The notes below the pieces were generated by a model. That model saw only the letters and a program-made list of their open reading frames with translations. It was not told the origin of the DNA and made no database searches. The position numbers were made by a program, and so were the translations under genes. From NCBI RefSeq assembly GCF_018977255.1, contig NW_024704742.1, positions 94,552,001-94,616,000 on the forward strand: a stretch of DNA of 64,000 nt. Direction: 5' to 3'. Below, one piece after another: positions 46,165 through 59,385 of this stretch (the stretch's first letter is position 1; each line of letters starts with the position of its first letter). Origin of the DNA: Callorhinchus milii. Taxonomy: Eukaryota.

Positions 46165-46500
46165 TATACCACCTTATTACATTGTCAAGATTTCTTGAAG
46201 TGCTTCAAAGGATTTTACTGTGAAGTGTAGTAACTGTATTTGTAGGTGAATGAGGCAGCCAATTTGCACATAGAAATGTCTCAATAACAGACATGAAGCA
46301 AATAACCATTTTTTTCTAGAGGATTGTTGATCAGGACATCAGGAGAAACTACCTTCTTTTTTTGAGTAGTGCCATGGAATATTTAATGTCCACCTGAACT
46401 GGCAGGTGGAACCTCGAATTAATGTCTCACTGAGGTCAGCACCTTCGACAACACAGGACTGCACTGAAGTGTCAGCCTAGACTGTGAGTTCCAAGTCCTT
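46165..46500 (-). mobile_element. degenerate DeuSINE
   Basis: Reverse Deu-like core. Confidence 0.65.
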
Positions 46501-47069
46501 GATCTTCCAACTGCTGAAGAACATGACTATCACACCATAAAAATTCAGCATAAAACTGCTAGATTTTCCAGCAGGAGAAAAAATATTTTGCAGTATATTG
46601 CTTATTTCAAGTTACAATTCTAGCAATATATTTTAAGTAATGCATTTCCTGTTGCTTATTCAGGTGACGATTATAACTTGGAGGAAGAGCAGTCTAATTA
46701 GGTTAGTCATTGACATGTATTACTGTTAAGAGCAACATAGATTGTTCATACCTATTCAGGTATTAAGGTCTGTTGATTTTTAAGTGTAGGCTATCATCAC
46801 ATAGGCTTTTAATTCAAAATGAATGATTCTCATTCCAGATGAATGAATGCGATGCCTGTAGTTGATAGTTACAAGTAACTCATACAATGCCTTTGTGGTT
46901 GTCACCCAGAGATAAATTGCAGCATTACATCGTCAGCACATTGAACCTACCAATTTCAGTCGTGAACTAACATTGATTGGCCAAAAAATATTGTTCGGGT
47001 AATTGGCCCCAAAAAACTTTAATAAGTGTTCATTATTCAAAGTTAATGAAACTGCAGCCAATGGAAAGT

Positions 47070-47758
47070 AATAACAACAACAACTTGCACGTATATACCA
47101 CCCTTCATGTGAGGATAACTTCTCAAGAGTGCTTAACATAGGTGGAGCCTGATGCCGAGCCGGGGGGAGGTAACTAGGTTGAAAAGGCAGGTCTCCATGT
47201 GTGATCTAAAGACGTAAGGAGGCAAAGTGGAGGGATTAAGGGAGAGAGTTCTACAGTTTTGCCGTGTAGTGGCTGAAAGTGCAGCCGTCGATGGAGGAGC
47301 AGAGGGGACGAGGGACATGCAGAAGGCTGGAGCCAAGCAAAGGCGGTGGGTAGTGAGTGGGGAGTAAGCCGGTTAGAGAAGCAGGGAGGTGTCAGGGTGT
47401 GAAATTGTAACCTAGTGTGAGGATCTTGAATTTGGCGAGTCTGGCAAGGACTCGGTGATGGGGATGTCGAAGTTTTTAATTAGTTGGATTTTGTGGATAG
47501 TGGAGCAGGCGAGGAGTGCTTTAGAATAATCAAGGCAGGAGGTGATGAAAACATGCCTATTAAAACATGTCTTTTAAAAAAGGACTGTATGGACACTAGG
47601 CCAATATTGCCGCTCTTTCAGCTACTACACGATAGAACTTTGGAACTCTCTCCCTTAATCCCTCCGCTTTGCCTCCTCCTTCCCTGTCTTTAGATCACAC
47701 ATAAAGACCTGCCTCTTCAACCTAGTTACCTCCCCCGGCTTGGCATCAGGCTCCACCT
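47070..47758. mobile_element. old L2 3' end (minus, 47070-47550) with an inverted partial copy (plus, 47609-47758)
   Basis: 47140-47285 is the reverse complement of 47609-47758. Confidence 0.75.
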
Positions 47759-47974
47759 GTCATAGAGCCTTGAGCTACATGTGGCTCTCAGTATGGCTCA
47801 CAGCTTCAGCAGAAAGCATGTGGTTCAGATAATTCCTGCTGATAATTTACATACAGAGATGTGTGCATGGCTATTTAAATGTGAAATTTCTCTAGTCAAG
47901 CTTTTCGAAAATTCTATTGAATTAGTCATCTAAAATTATAATTGTCTATAACTGTCCGCTCTACTGACTCCTCC

Positions 47975-48183
47975 TTGTCCCTCAAATCCTCCGCTCCACC
48001 ATCGGCGTCCTGAAGCTATGGAACTCCCTCCCTCAATCCCTTCGTCTTTTCAGGTTGCGCCTGAAGACCTTTGACTTTGCCTATGGTCACCTTCCCCCTC
48101 CCTCTAGCTTGGCATCGGGCTCCACCAAGTGCTCCGGGACACCGCCCGGCTTGGAGGGTGCTATATAAGTGTAGTTGTTGTTT
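47975..48183 (+). mobile_element. short L2 3' end
   Basis: tggaactccctccctcaatcccttcg...ctatataagtgtagttgttg. Confidence 0.65.
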
Positions 48184-48639
48184 CATTTTTCGACTTGTGT
48201 GGCTCAATACAAATCTGAGCTTGAAAGCTCCGCGCTCGGCAATCGATAAAACAGCTTCTTGTCAATATTGGAGAAACATTGTCATTTACTTTTAAATACC
48301 TATATGGATCCATTTAATTATATGGAGCAACATTTAGTTGTAATTGGAACGAAGATATGTGTGTGTGGGTATAGGATGTGTGTGTGGAGTGAGGCAGGGT
48401 TGCCAGAAATTAAAATAGGTTTGTAGCCCAAAGTCAACTGAACCCAAGTAGCCCAACATTATGAGTTTCCTACTGTAGTATGCGTTAACAGAGTGGCCAA
48501 TCTAGGTCAGTGCTTTTGAAACTGAGTTTTTTTAAAAAAAGTCTTCATATTGGGAGAGGGGGGAGAGGGGGTGGGTGCGGAGAGGGGGGAAACACATTTT
48601 GCGGGTTTAAATTCTTTTAAAAATCAGACATTTGTTCAA

Positions 48640-48855
48640 AAACAGAAACAAAGAGAGCTGGGAAAACTCGGGACAGGTCAGGCAGAGCCAGAGGCAAGGA
48701 AGGAGGAGGCCAGAGCCGCTTCTGAGTAAGGGTCGTGGACCCGAAACGTTGACTCGCTTCCCTTTGGCCATAGCTGCTGCCTGACCTGCTGAGTGTTCCC
48801 AACCACTTCTGGTTTTGTTTTCAGATTTCCAGCATCTGCAGTATTTTGTGTTTTG
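48640..48855 (+). mobile_element. palindromic Penelope-type element with a degenerate hammerhead-like core
   Basis: caggtcaggcag...CTGAGTA AGGGTC GTG GACCC GAAA CGTT...ctgcctgacctgctgagtgttccc...cagatttccagcatctgcagtatttt. Confidence 0.6.
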
Positions 48856-48929
48856 CAGACATCTGCTCAGAGCCTGGTTTTTTTTTCAGATGAAAAGCAA
48901 CCACGAAAATAACATACCCAATTGGCAAC

Positions 48930-49237
48930 GTTGCAGAGAGGAAGGGGGAGGGGGGAGGGGGAGGAGAGAAAGCCCCTGTGAAAAATAGTGAATGCAATGA
49001 AATGAGGTGGGGTCCAGGATCAGCTGGGAGAGGAGATGGGGGGGGAGGGAGGGAGGGACAGACTTGCTGACGCTGTGCGGGGTGACGCTCACCCCATTAG
49101 GATGTGTGGACAGGGAGGGAGGGAGAGCTGAGCTGTTGTGTTGCTGAGCTGCTGCTGCTTTCTGTCGCATTGATACAGTCACATCGTCTCCAGTCACTCG
49201 CAGGCGACAGGCGAGTGGCAACGCTGTACTGCACACG
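48930..49237 (+). promoter_or_regulatory. AGTPBP1: putative AGTPBP1 promoter and non-coding exon 1 (donor after 49237)
   Basis: G-rich tracts, TGACG half-CRE sites at 49068 and 49083, locally retained CpGs, strong donor ACG|GTAAGG, followed by (TA)n/(CA)n/(CT)n microsatellites. Confidence 0.55.
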
Positions 49238-49310
49238 GTAAGGATTGGTCTCAGCGACCTCCCCCACTCCCCCACTCCCCTCCTTTGCTGCCTCCAGTAT
49301 AAGTCTCTAT

Positions 49311-49342
<32 letters not shown>

Positions 49343-50134
49343 AGTGCTGTGTACCTTTCGCTCGTTGTAAAGCTCAGACCTGCAAATGTCAGGACGTGGA
49401 TCTATCTATGTGTATATATATATATACTCACACACACACACAAGGTTCTGTAAAATGTATTTCTGTGGGTAATCAAACTGAGGGTCAGTGTGTGGTCACT
49501 GAGGGACAGGGCCTCCCTGTGTGTGTGTGTGTGTGTATAAAGCAGCTGACCGCTTGCTGTGGCTCTCGGGCTGTACACGGCTCTCTCTCTCTCTCTCTCT
49601 GTGTCTGTAGCACCGGTTTGTTTGCGACAGTTGGAAGGAATAGATTTAAACAACCGAAAGGAAATTGACATAGCAGAGCCTCTGGCGGTGTTCAGGGGTT
49701 CGCTTCCACCCAGCGGATCTGGAGCAAACTATTGATTTTGGTGCAGCTCTTTTGCAGTGCAGCAAGAACGGGTATTTTTTTTCCTTAAACCAATAGTTAT
49801 TTGCAAGCGGTACAAGTGTGGATTAAAATAAGACGCTTCCCTTCAGGTCATTGAGTGGCATTGCACTCGGTTGACCGACTGTATTTCTCGCAATCCTTTT
49901 CTGCAGAACGGGTTTCCTGTAATGATGTGACTCGTTAGTTTTAACAGGTTATGATGACCTCTGCAGTCTGCCTTTTGGCAGAAAGCTATAAATCAAAGTG
50001 TAATGTGTTTGGTAGCAGCTGCCACTGAAATGTATAGAAGAAGATGCAGAATTCCTGTATTAATCAGACATTTGTATGATGGAGGGGCATATCGAGAATT
50101 TGTCTGTAGTGTCTTGAAGGCAATGTTCTAAGTA

Positions 50135-50626
50135 CAGTCAAACCTGTTGAACCAACTACCTCGTATCAAAATCCATCCTTCCAACAGCCCCAACAATTTT
50201 TTCTATAATAAACCATCTATTCGGCAACCACCTGTAACACAACTAGTGGCCACTTTTTTTTTAAAAAAGCCCTGTCAGTATACTGATGTCCTTTTCAATG
50301 GGCATTAAATACATTAAATAATAATAATCATTGTATTTGATATAGCGCCTTATGTCATTGAGATGCCTCGAAGCACTTCACAGAATATATTGTGAAGTGG
50401 ATTGACTGTCCAATTCAAGTGTAGCTACTAGTAATGCCCAATTTCCATCGGCCCGCGTGTAGATTCCCCGCTAGACTTTAGTGTATTTACAAATGCAGCT
50501 GAGCAGTCCACAGCAACATGGCATTTTTCAGGTCTGGTCAACAACCCAATGAACTTAGAGGCCACCTTTACGTCAAGGCCACTTTGGTCCAACTACCTGA
50601 ATGGTTGCTGAAAATGTGTTTGACTA
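50135..50626. mobile_element. Tc1/mariner (pogo/Tigger-like) non-autonomous DNA transposon with a nested SINE tail (~50318-50410)
   Basis: TA|CAGTCAAACCTG...GTGTTTGACTA|TA: terminal inverted repeats with TA target duplication. Confidence 0.65.
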
Positions 50627-52924
50627 TATAACACTGAAAGTAAATAAGTGTAACCAGTATAATTGGCATTTTTTTCCAAATGGGTTTCAGTCAATATTTT
50701 ATATAATTTGTGTTTTTGAAAGTGTATGGAACGTTTGTAATGAGGTTCTAATATTTTGACTGTAAATGTTCTTGTTTGACCATTAATGATGCCAGAAAAA
50801 CTATTGTTTTATACATTACTGTTTTATACAGTGCCTTTCACAATTAAAAAATATGCACAATATGATGTCACGGCTGGAGCTAACATTTGAGAAAATATTG
50901 TATCTCCATTTGCAAGACTTGCTTTGCTGGTTTGGCATAAGACCGGATTTAAATCTGTAATATGCTGGTCTGTGTAGCCTAGTTTTTCTCCATCTTTATC
51001 CACGGGGAGCTCTAATAGTCTTTCTCAAAAAATAATGCTTAACTAATGGGGGAAGTAGGAGAAACTTAGAGGAGACCATAGGCATGGGTAAAAGGGAGAT
51101 GATAATTCTGGCATTTCACATGCAGTCTGTAATGTTGAAATGTTTCAAAACACTTTAGTGAAGTGCAGTGACTGCATATTCGTAGGTGTACACACCAGGC
51201 AATTTTAACACTGATGTGAATTGAATGACCATGCTGATGTGAAGGAGAGGGGATTGGGATGGATGGAGGTTGTTGTTGCAGATTAGTTGGACCAAATGGC
51301 CTGTTTTGGTGCTGCACAGTCTGTGATTTTATGTAATTCTAACTTGTTCTAAACTTAGATATGTTAGAGGGAGTCAATATAACTTGCATTCAACATTTTT
51401 AGTTGCAGAATCCCATTTAAAATAATTGTTTTAGAATCCACTAACAAGCGCTTTCAGTTTGGGGTGGGGGTAACTTTGACTCCTCAATAGTAATGTTTGT
51501 GTCTGTGGTAACTAACTTGGGAAGTGAAACAGCTGGCCTAGTGGTGGTAATATTATGAAACCACATACACAAGTCCAGATAGAATTGGCTATCCATGCTT
51601 CATAGCTATATAGCTGTACCTAGGTGAAAGGGATAGTTAAGAAGTGTCCTCTAATTCATACACAACTTTAAGAGCTTGGATTAATTTAGTGGACGGTATT
51701 TTAAATTCTTCAAAACTAAAGTCTGATTTTTAACATGAATTTTAATCCTTGTGATTTTGGTTCCATTAGCATTGTTGCCCTTTGTTGAGATTTGGTTTTC
51801 TGTGCACCAGTAGCTCTGCAGCACCTCAACCAAAATGCTCATTCTTCATAAACGAGTGTTCACGAGTGTTGGAATGTGGGTTGTAACCTTTAAGTCAGCC
51901 CTATTCTCACTTAATTCCTCGCAGATGTGCACTTTCTAACGGAGGTCACTGGCTTGTAATCAGAAGTGGGAAACTAGGTTAATTTTTCTTTCTCCCTTCC
52001 CACTCTTTGATTCAACTCCCAGAGAATTCCTGCCCCCTGCTAGAGGCATCTAACTCATCATAGGCCAAAGTTTGAATTTGCAGCTTTCTGCTCTGTGTGG
52101 CTTATTGTGCACTGGGTAGTGTTTGTATTCAACGGGGAGTTTGAATTTTTTTATTTTGTTGCATTGCGGTTTTGATATCTTTAGAGAAAAACCCATGCTA
52201 TCACACGTTTTGAGATGGCCCTTGTTGCTATGCAATGTGGGCGACCATTGTGGTGTGTAATTTGGCTGCTGTTTTCGGATCATGAATAAAAAAGATTAGC
52301 AGAGGGGAAAAGGTGCCATTGAGTTAAAACTGGGCTGGACACATAGTACTAAAATACAACTTTACTGTACCTTTCTCTGCTACAGACTTTTGCTGAGGTA
52401 TAGTTCCACATGTACCCGCAGCTCTCTAATTCCTCTGTCCATTCTTTATGTGGGATGGTATTGTTTAATCGCAACAGTTTGAACACATCAGTATAGTTGC
52501 TTGCTGGTTGTTCAGTTTCAATTGAGGCATTCAGTTTTAGGAGACACTCCGCTTGTATTGGAAATATTTAACCATAAAATTTGATTCACCTCCTTCCCCT
52601 AAGTCTGTTATATAGGAATTTTCAGGGTAAATATGTTTGTTCGTTTATTTAAAAATGGCATAAAGTTTCAAGACAAAATTATATTAAATTAAAAAAATTA
52701 AAGATTAACTTCATGAATTACTGATATTATTTGCCTACCTGCATTAAAGCACTTAGTCAGATCCACCTTGGTTTGACTAACTAAATATAAGGACCACTGT
52801 GTGCTCGTTTTCAAATATTTTTAAAGTTCAGCAATTTTTTTTAGTGTACCTTAACTGGATACACAAAGATGGGTACAACAAAAACTAATGGGATAGATTA
52901 TAATAATAATCCTTGTGGACTGAT

Positions 52925-54220
52925 ACAACAACAATAAAATTACATTTGTACAGTGCCTTTCATATCGGGAGGACATCCCAAGGCGCTGGATAATCACCTG
53001 AGCTGGGGTTCGGAAGCGGGGAGGGTGGAAGGCAAGGGGGAGGGAGGGTGGCTGAAGGCATGGTCGAAGAGGGGGATCTTGAGATGGGTCTTGAGGGGGG
53101 TGAGGCAGTGGAGGGCTTTGAAGGTGAGGACCAGATGTTGAACTGTATCCTCTGTGTGATGGGAAGCCAGTGGAGTCGGGCGAGGATGGGGTGATAGGGT
53201 CACGGAGCCTGGTGCGGGAGAGGACATGCTCTGCACAATCCTGGATGATCTGCAGCCTATGGAGGGAGGAGTTGGGGAGGCCGACGAGCAGTGAGTTTGC
53301 ATAATCAAGCCTGGATGTTATGAATGCATGTATGAGGGTTTCGGCGGCCTGCGGTGTGAGATGGTGGAGCCTAGCGATATTGCAGAGGTGGGGAAAGGCA
53401 GAGTGGGTCATGGCACAGATGTGGGATAGAAAGGATAGTTGAGGGTCAAACAAGGTTCTGGACTGGCTTAGTAAGGTGGAGGGTGCAACCACGGATGGTG
53501 ATGCTGTCAGCGCCTGAGGTGTGGAGACGTTGATAGGACCCAATCAGGAGAGCCTCAGTCTTGTTGATGTTCAACTGAAGGAAGTTAGCTCTCATTCAAA
53601 ACTTGATGTTTGACAGACATTCTGTCAGGACAGCAGTGGTGCTGGAGTCCAGGGTGGGGCAGAAAGGTAGAGTTGGCTGTCATCTGCATATGTGTGGAAG
53701 TTGACCCCATTTCTGCGGATGATGCTACCAAGAGGGAGCATATAGATATTGAAGAGGAGGGGACCAAGGAAAGAGCCCTAAGAACACCGCACAAGATGCT
53801 GTGGGGCTAGAGGAGAAACTGTACTGTTTGTGGAGATGAAGTGGAGCTGGTATGAGAGGTACAATCTGAACCATTCAAGGAAAGAACCATGAAGGTTGAG
53901 GTGAGAGGAGAAGCGGTGTATGAGGATAGAGTGGTCAATGGTATTGAAGGCAGCAGAGAGGTCAAGGAGGACGAGGAGGCAGAGGGAGCCCTGGTCGCAG
54001 ATGGACAGAATGTCGTTTGTCACTTTGACCAAAGCTGTTTCTGTGCTGTGGGCGGCACGAAAACCCGATTGGAGGGGTTTGTGAAGAGAGTGGCGGCAGA
54101 GGAAGGAGTGAAGCTGCAAAGCAACGACTCGTTCCAGGACCTTGGAATGGAAAGGTAGATTGGAGATGGGGCAGTAGTTTTAGAGCAGGGATGGATTCAG
54201 GGAGGATAGGAGTAATGATA
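52925..54220 (-). mobile_element. L2 LINE fragment spanning RT to the 3' end, degenerate
   Basis: [20 protein letters not shown]...LLDLSAAFNTIDH. Confidence 0.9.
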
Positions 54221-55777
54221 ACATTGAAACATCTCAAAACACTTTACAGGGAATCGTGAACATTTCTAACGTAGAAAGGAGAGTGCTCATGGTGGAGCGG
54301 GCAGCTTGTTGCCCAAGAAGTCAGCCAGTCACCGTCAGAATCAGTCAGATGACTGGAAGCAGGAGAGATGGGCATTTATTTTGCTGACCAGTTATAAGAC
54401 TTAAAACACCATATTAAAATTGGGTTGGACTGTAGAAGTGTATATTAAGGTTGTTTTCCTAGCTCTGAATCTGTTCAGATCAAAGTTTGATTTTCCTTTA
54501 CGCGCATGTGTAAGAGCTCTGATTCGATAGGGAAGTCTGCAAGCCACAGTGAGCAGGCGTAGTAATGTTCTGCACTTGCGCAGATGTCTCGATGTTGTAT
54601 AAGTATCACAGTGGCATAAAGACGTTTGTAAATCTGTGAAAGGCCTTTAGTTGTTATTGGGGTCTATGTTACAAAAATAATGGTCACAGAATTGCATGCA
54701 GAAGAAAAGCCAGGAGTGAATTTGTCTAATTTTTAGGTACACCTTCTGGTGCAGTGAAGATCTCTAATGTTTTGTTGGCGATTTGCACGTGGCTAAATGT
54801 CTTAATGTCAAGGCAGAACATCATTTACCATGGGAGGAGGGTGTCTAGAAACAAATTAAAATCAACATCTCTGAAATACCAGTGATCTTTGGATCTAGAA
54901 TATGCAAAACAATGAATTATGAAATGCATCAAGTTTGTTTTAAAGGCAACAAACTTTAAAAGACCAAATAAAGGTTTGTAATCATTCTATTAACCACAAG
55001 AAGTTTCAACCAACTAGTTGACAGAGTAGACGCACAATTAGTAAGCAAACCATAGCTTTCAGAATTTCTGTTGTACAAAGAAAATTGATGGGTAATAGCG
55101 TGGCCTGCTCAAATCAAGTGGCTTTCTGCAAATAGACAAAAGAAGCGCTGGTAAGTTTTGAGACACTTATCCTGCTAGGACCACCTTGCCATGTCTTCCA
55201 AATCTTTGATGTATTCATGATTGATAGACTGCCTAAACCAAAGCCACGTTCCAGTTTTTTAAAAAAAAGACATACCTGGATCAACTTCATCACATTTCAA
55301 CCATTCTTACTAAACTCTCCGCAGGAACTCCTGGTGAGCATTGCTTACTTCCTTGTGTACCCTATTGAATAACACTGTTGATGCTAGAAATTTCATGGAG
55401 CTCAACTGTTTAGATTGGTACAGCAATTATACAATGTAACTCACAAACTCGTTGGCAATGAAAGATTCTCTTCAGATGAAGAGTGGATGAATAATTCACT
55501 GGCTTTCTTTTGGTAATAAGAGCACGTGATTGACAATAGCACTCTGCGAGTCTCATGTTGCGATCGATCATAAAACAGTCTTGCTTATTTATAACCAGGC
55601 ACTTTCATCTCAATATTAATGACTTCTGAAAATATGCAGCAGATTTAAAATCATGATTCCAATAAGATAGCTTTTCACTTTCTTATATTTTTATATAGAA
55701 TTATTGATCCAAGCAAAACACTGTATGCCTGTAATCTGTTTCAAACTTAAATGTTCCCCTCAATTTCCAATGCTCAG

Positions 55778-55876
55778 TACACTATAAAGTGATTGTAAGA
55801 TTGATATTAACATACACTCGTAAAGTGATTGCAAGATTGTTATTTACATACACTAGTAAAGTGATTGTAAGATTGT
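55778..55876 (+). repeat. ~36-bp tandem repeat, ~2.7 copies
   Basis: Unit tacact(a/cg/ag)taaagtgattg(t/c)aagattg..att.aca. Confidence 0.85.
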
Positions 55877-56534
55877 GTGTCAATCGTGCTGTGGTACTGG
55901 TTCTGTGCCTTGGGACATCCTCCTGACGTGAAAGGTGTTATACAAATGTAATTGTTTATGGTAGTTCGCTTGGGAATTATTATTGGGTTTTATTTCACTG
56001 CTGCTGCAAAGGAATAGCTCAATAGTGTGCTATGGTCAAGTAATGCACACTATTTGTACATTGTTTATTAAGAACGTCAGGATTTTTCACACTGACTGAG
56101 AATTAGTGTTTTCTGTACAATATTTTGTTTATGCAAATAAAATCATTCAGCCTAGTTATTCCAAGGCCTTCATTGTTATTGCAGTTGATTTCTGATACTG
56201 TACACTGATCAAAGAGGCACTGCAGAAGTCTCGTCAAGTAGTTATGTTTGACTTCTTTCTAAAGAATCTTATCCATGTAGGATTTCAGTGCCATGATCAC
56301 ACCCAAAAAGAATACAGATAATCAGAAAAATGTGATGTGGTGTGAATACTTTCTTAACACTGAGTTAAAACTAGTCAACATATTCCTTCTATGTCCTAAT
56401 TGTCTGCTGGAAAATTATGTGTTTAGACATATTTGAAAAATGGTAGCTAAAGGCTATATTTGCGAAGGAAAGATGAATAATAGAAACGGGAACATAAAAC
56501 GTGGTGGGATTTCACTGTCCAGGCAACTGGACAA

Positions 56535-57545
56535 TATTTGCTTTTCAAGTACCTATCTAATTCCCTTTTGAAAGTTGTTATTGAATCGGTTTCCATCGCC
56601 CTTTCAGGCAATGCATTCCAGACTGTAACAACTCTCCGTGTATATATAAAAAGAATTCCTATCCCCCCTCTTGTTCTTTTGCCAATTATCTTAAATCTGT
56701 GTGCCTACCCACCTGCCAGTGGAAACAGTTTCTCCCTATCTACTCTTATCAAAGCCCCATATAATTTTGAACACCTTTATTAGATCTCCCCTTAACCTTC
56801 TCTTCTCAAAGGAGAATTATCCCAACTTCTCTAGTCTTGCCACATAACTAAAGTCCCTCATCCCTGGTACTATTCTGGTAAATCTCTTTTGCACCCTCTC
56901 CAAGGCCTTGATATCCTTCCTAAGGTGTGGTGCCCAGAATTGAACACAATATTCCAGCTGAGGCCTAACCAATGACTTCTAAAGGTTTAGCAGAACTTTG
57001 TTGCTTTTGTACTCTAAGCCTCTTTTTCTAAAGCCAAGGATCACATATGCTTTTTTAACAGCTCTATTGAGCTGTCCTGCCACCTTCAAAGACCTGTGTA
57101 TGTGAACCTCCAGGTCTCTGCTCCTGAATCCCCATTAAAACTGTACCATTTATTGTATATTACCTCTCCTCATTCTTTCTCCCAAAATGCATCACCTCAC
57201 CCTTCTCTGCATTAAACTTCATCTGCCATGTGTCTGCTCATTTCACCAGTCTGTCTATGTCCTCCTGCAGTCTGCTACCCTCCTCCCTACTGTGTACCAC
57301 ATTCTCAAGTTTTGTGTCATTTACCAGCTTTAAAATGTTGCTCATTATACCCTAGTCCAAGTCATTCACACACATAAAAAAGTGCAATGGACCTTATACC
57401 GACCCCTGGGAGATACCACTGTATATTTTCCTCCAGTCTGAAAAAACAACCATTCACCACTACCCCCTGTTTTCTGTCTCCCAGCCAATTTTGTATCCAT
57501 GCTGCCACTCTCCCTTTTATCCCATGGGCTTCAATTTTGCTGAGC
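56535..57545 (-). mobile_element. CR1-clade LINE fragment
   Basis: KIEAHGIKGRVAAWIQNWLGDRKQGVVVNGCF followed by typical CR1 C-terminal segments. Confidence 0.88.
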
Positions 57546-58457
57546 ATAATTCTGAGCATAAATTGGGTAGTACTAATATGTCATTGAGGTGCTTGTGTAA
57601 CATAGAACAAACTTGTTTGTAAGTAAAACACCTTGTACTTGCCTCACTTGGCTAAGTACCTCATAAGTTGAACAATGACTCCTTGCTCAAGAGGCATTGG
57701 ACTTTCCCAATTTAGATTAACGCTCCAGGTGCATTGTGAAAAGTGCAGGATTGTAAGCACTTTTGTAGGAGCATTTTCCTGACTGTTCACACAACACTTT
57801 CACATGATCAATTTTTAAAAAAAATCTATTTTTGAAAACTGCAAAGAGGAATCACATTGACTGATTGCAAGTCCTGTTACAATCACCTGAGTGGGAAAAA
57901 GTGAAGCACTGTGAATGTATTACAGGGTGTGTACAGCGGTCTGCTCGCAAAAGTCTTTGTGTGAGTACAAATTCTAAATTCAAAAGAGCTACGGTATAAT
58001 CGGCCCTTTTCTATCATGAGAAATTTAAGAGATGGTCAGTGGGCTGCCTGAGTTCTTTTTAAGCTTTGAAGATTAAAAGGTCAACTAGGCACCAGTTGTA
58101 GATGTGAACTTTTGGAAAACTTGTCAAATTGGTGCATTAGGACATAACAGAGAAGCATTGGTTCATGCCGCTTGCAATTTCTGGGTGAAGTAAATGTGAA
58201 GTTTATTTTCAAGTTACCCAACTCACATTAATTTTTAACCTATATTATACTCTTGAGTTGAATACAGATTTGTTTCTGGAATGAAGATGCATGATAACAT
58301 GGAAATGTGCAGGACTAGAAAGCCCTTTACAATCTATTAACTGACCTTTAATTTGGAAAATATGAAACAGTGCTATGTTTCTTGCACCCTTTAACTTTTT
58401 TTTCCCAAATCAGTATCCCATCTCCTGGACCAATCACAATGAATACTGGGACAGACA

Positions 58458-58819
58458 TAATAATAATAATAATAATCCTTGCATTTGGTATAGCGCCTTA
58501 TCACTTCTTTGAGAAGTCTCAAAGTACTTCACAATGTACTGTAAAGTGAATTGACTGTATATTTTGTGGGCGAAATGCGGCAGCTAATTGCGCACTTTAG
58601 TGTCCCACAAACCGTCATGGATTGAGTGATCAATTTTTTTTAGGGAATTATTACCCTCGGAAAAGTGATCCGCTAATCGACTGACGACTGGGTTCCCACT
58701 TACTGCTAGGTAACTGTGAGTGTGGAGTAAAGAAACTTGTCCAAAGTTTCATCCTGCTGTAAATCGAACCCAGGTCTCTCATTTGCGTGGCGAGTGCTCT
58801 AACCACTGAGGCACAGGAC
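58458..58819 (-). mobile_element. tRNA-Ala SINE, long variant with an extra internal module
   Basis: Family match plus about 60 extra nt at ~58655-58718. Confidence 0.85.
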
Positions 58820-59385
58820 ATACTAAATAGTATGAATATTATTCCACTCAGTTACGGTTTCCAGTGCTGTGTAACTTAGATTGAGTTGCATTATAATATT
58901 ATTACACAAATTCTTCATGCCCTTTTTATCTATTAGGATCCATCAGAAGTGGTTCAGAGAGTAGCCTGAGACAACTTATGCTTGGATTCCGCCCTGCTTA
59001 CATTGTGGGCTGAATTAAAGCATTGGTGGTAACATCAAACTTACTGCACAATGTTTCTGAACTTGTGTCTTCAGTTTCTTTTCGTGGACCTATCCTGATC
59101 TGTTGGGCAAGTCCATAAAGCCTACCTATAGTAAAACAGTATTGCTGGCCTATAGGGATGAGCTAACTAAAAAATATAGTGCCCAGCAAACCTGGAGCCA
59201 GCGTGATGCTTTACTTAGCAGTCTGAGTTGAACTAATGCTCTCAAAGTTCTCGGATCTAACCTGGCTGTTTGCAATGTTGCATTAAACTGTTTAATTTTT
59301 AAATTTGCTTTTTTTCAATTTAAAAAAAATGTTTCTATTTCAGATTTTTTTGAGATGGCAAAGTGACTGAGAGATTCTATCCAAG

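Noticed and set aside
55778..55876. CRISPR-like array
   Set aside because: Head-to-tail minisatellite with no unique spacers, in a vertebrate genome with no cas genes.
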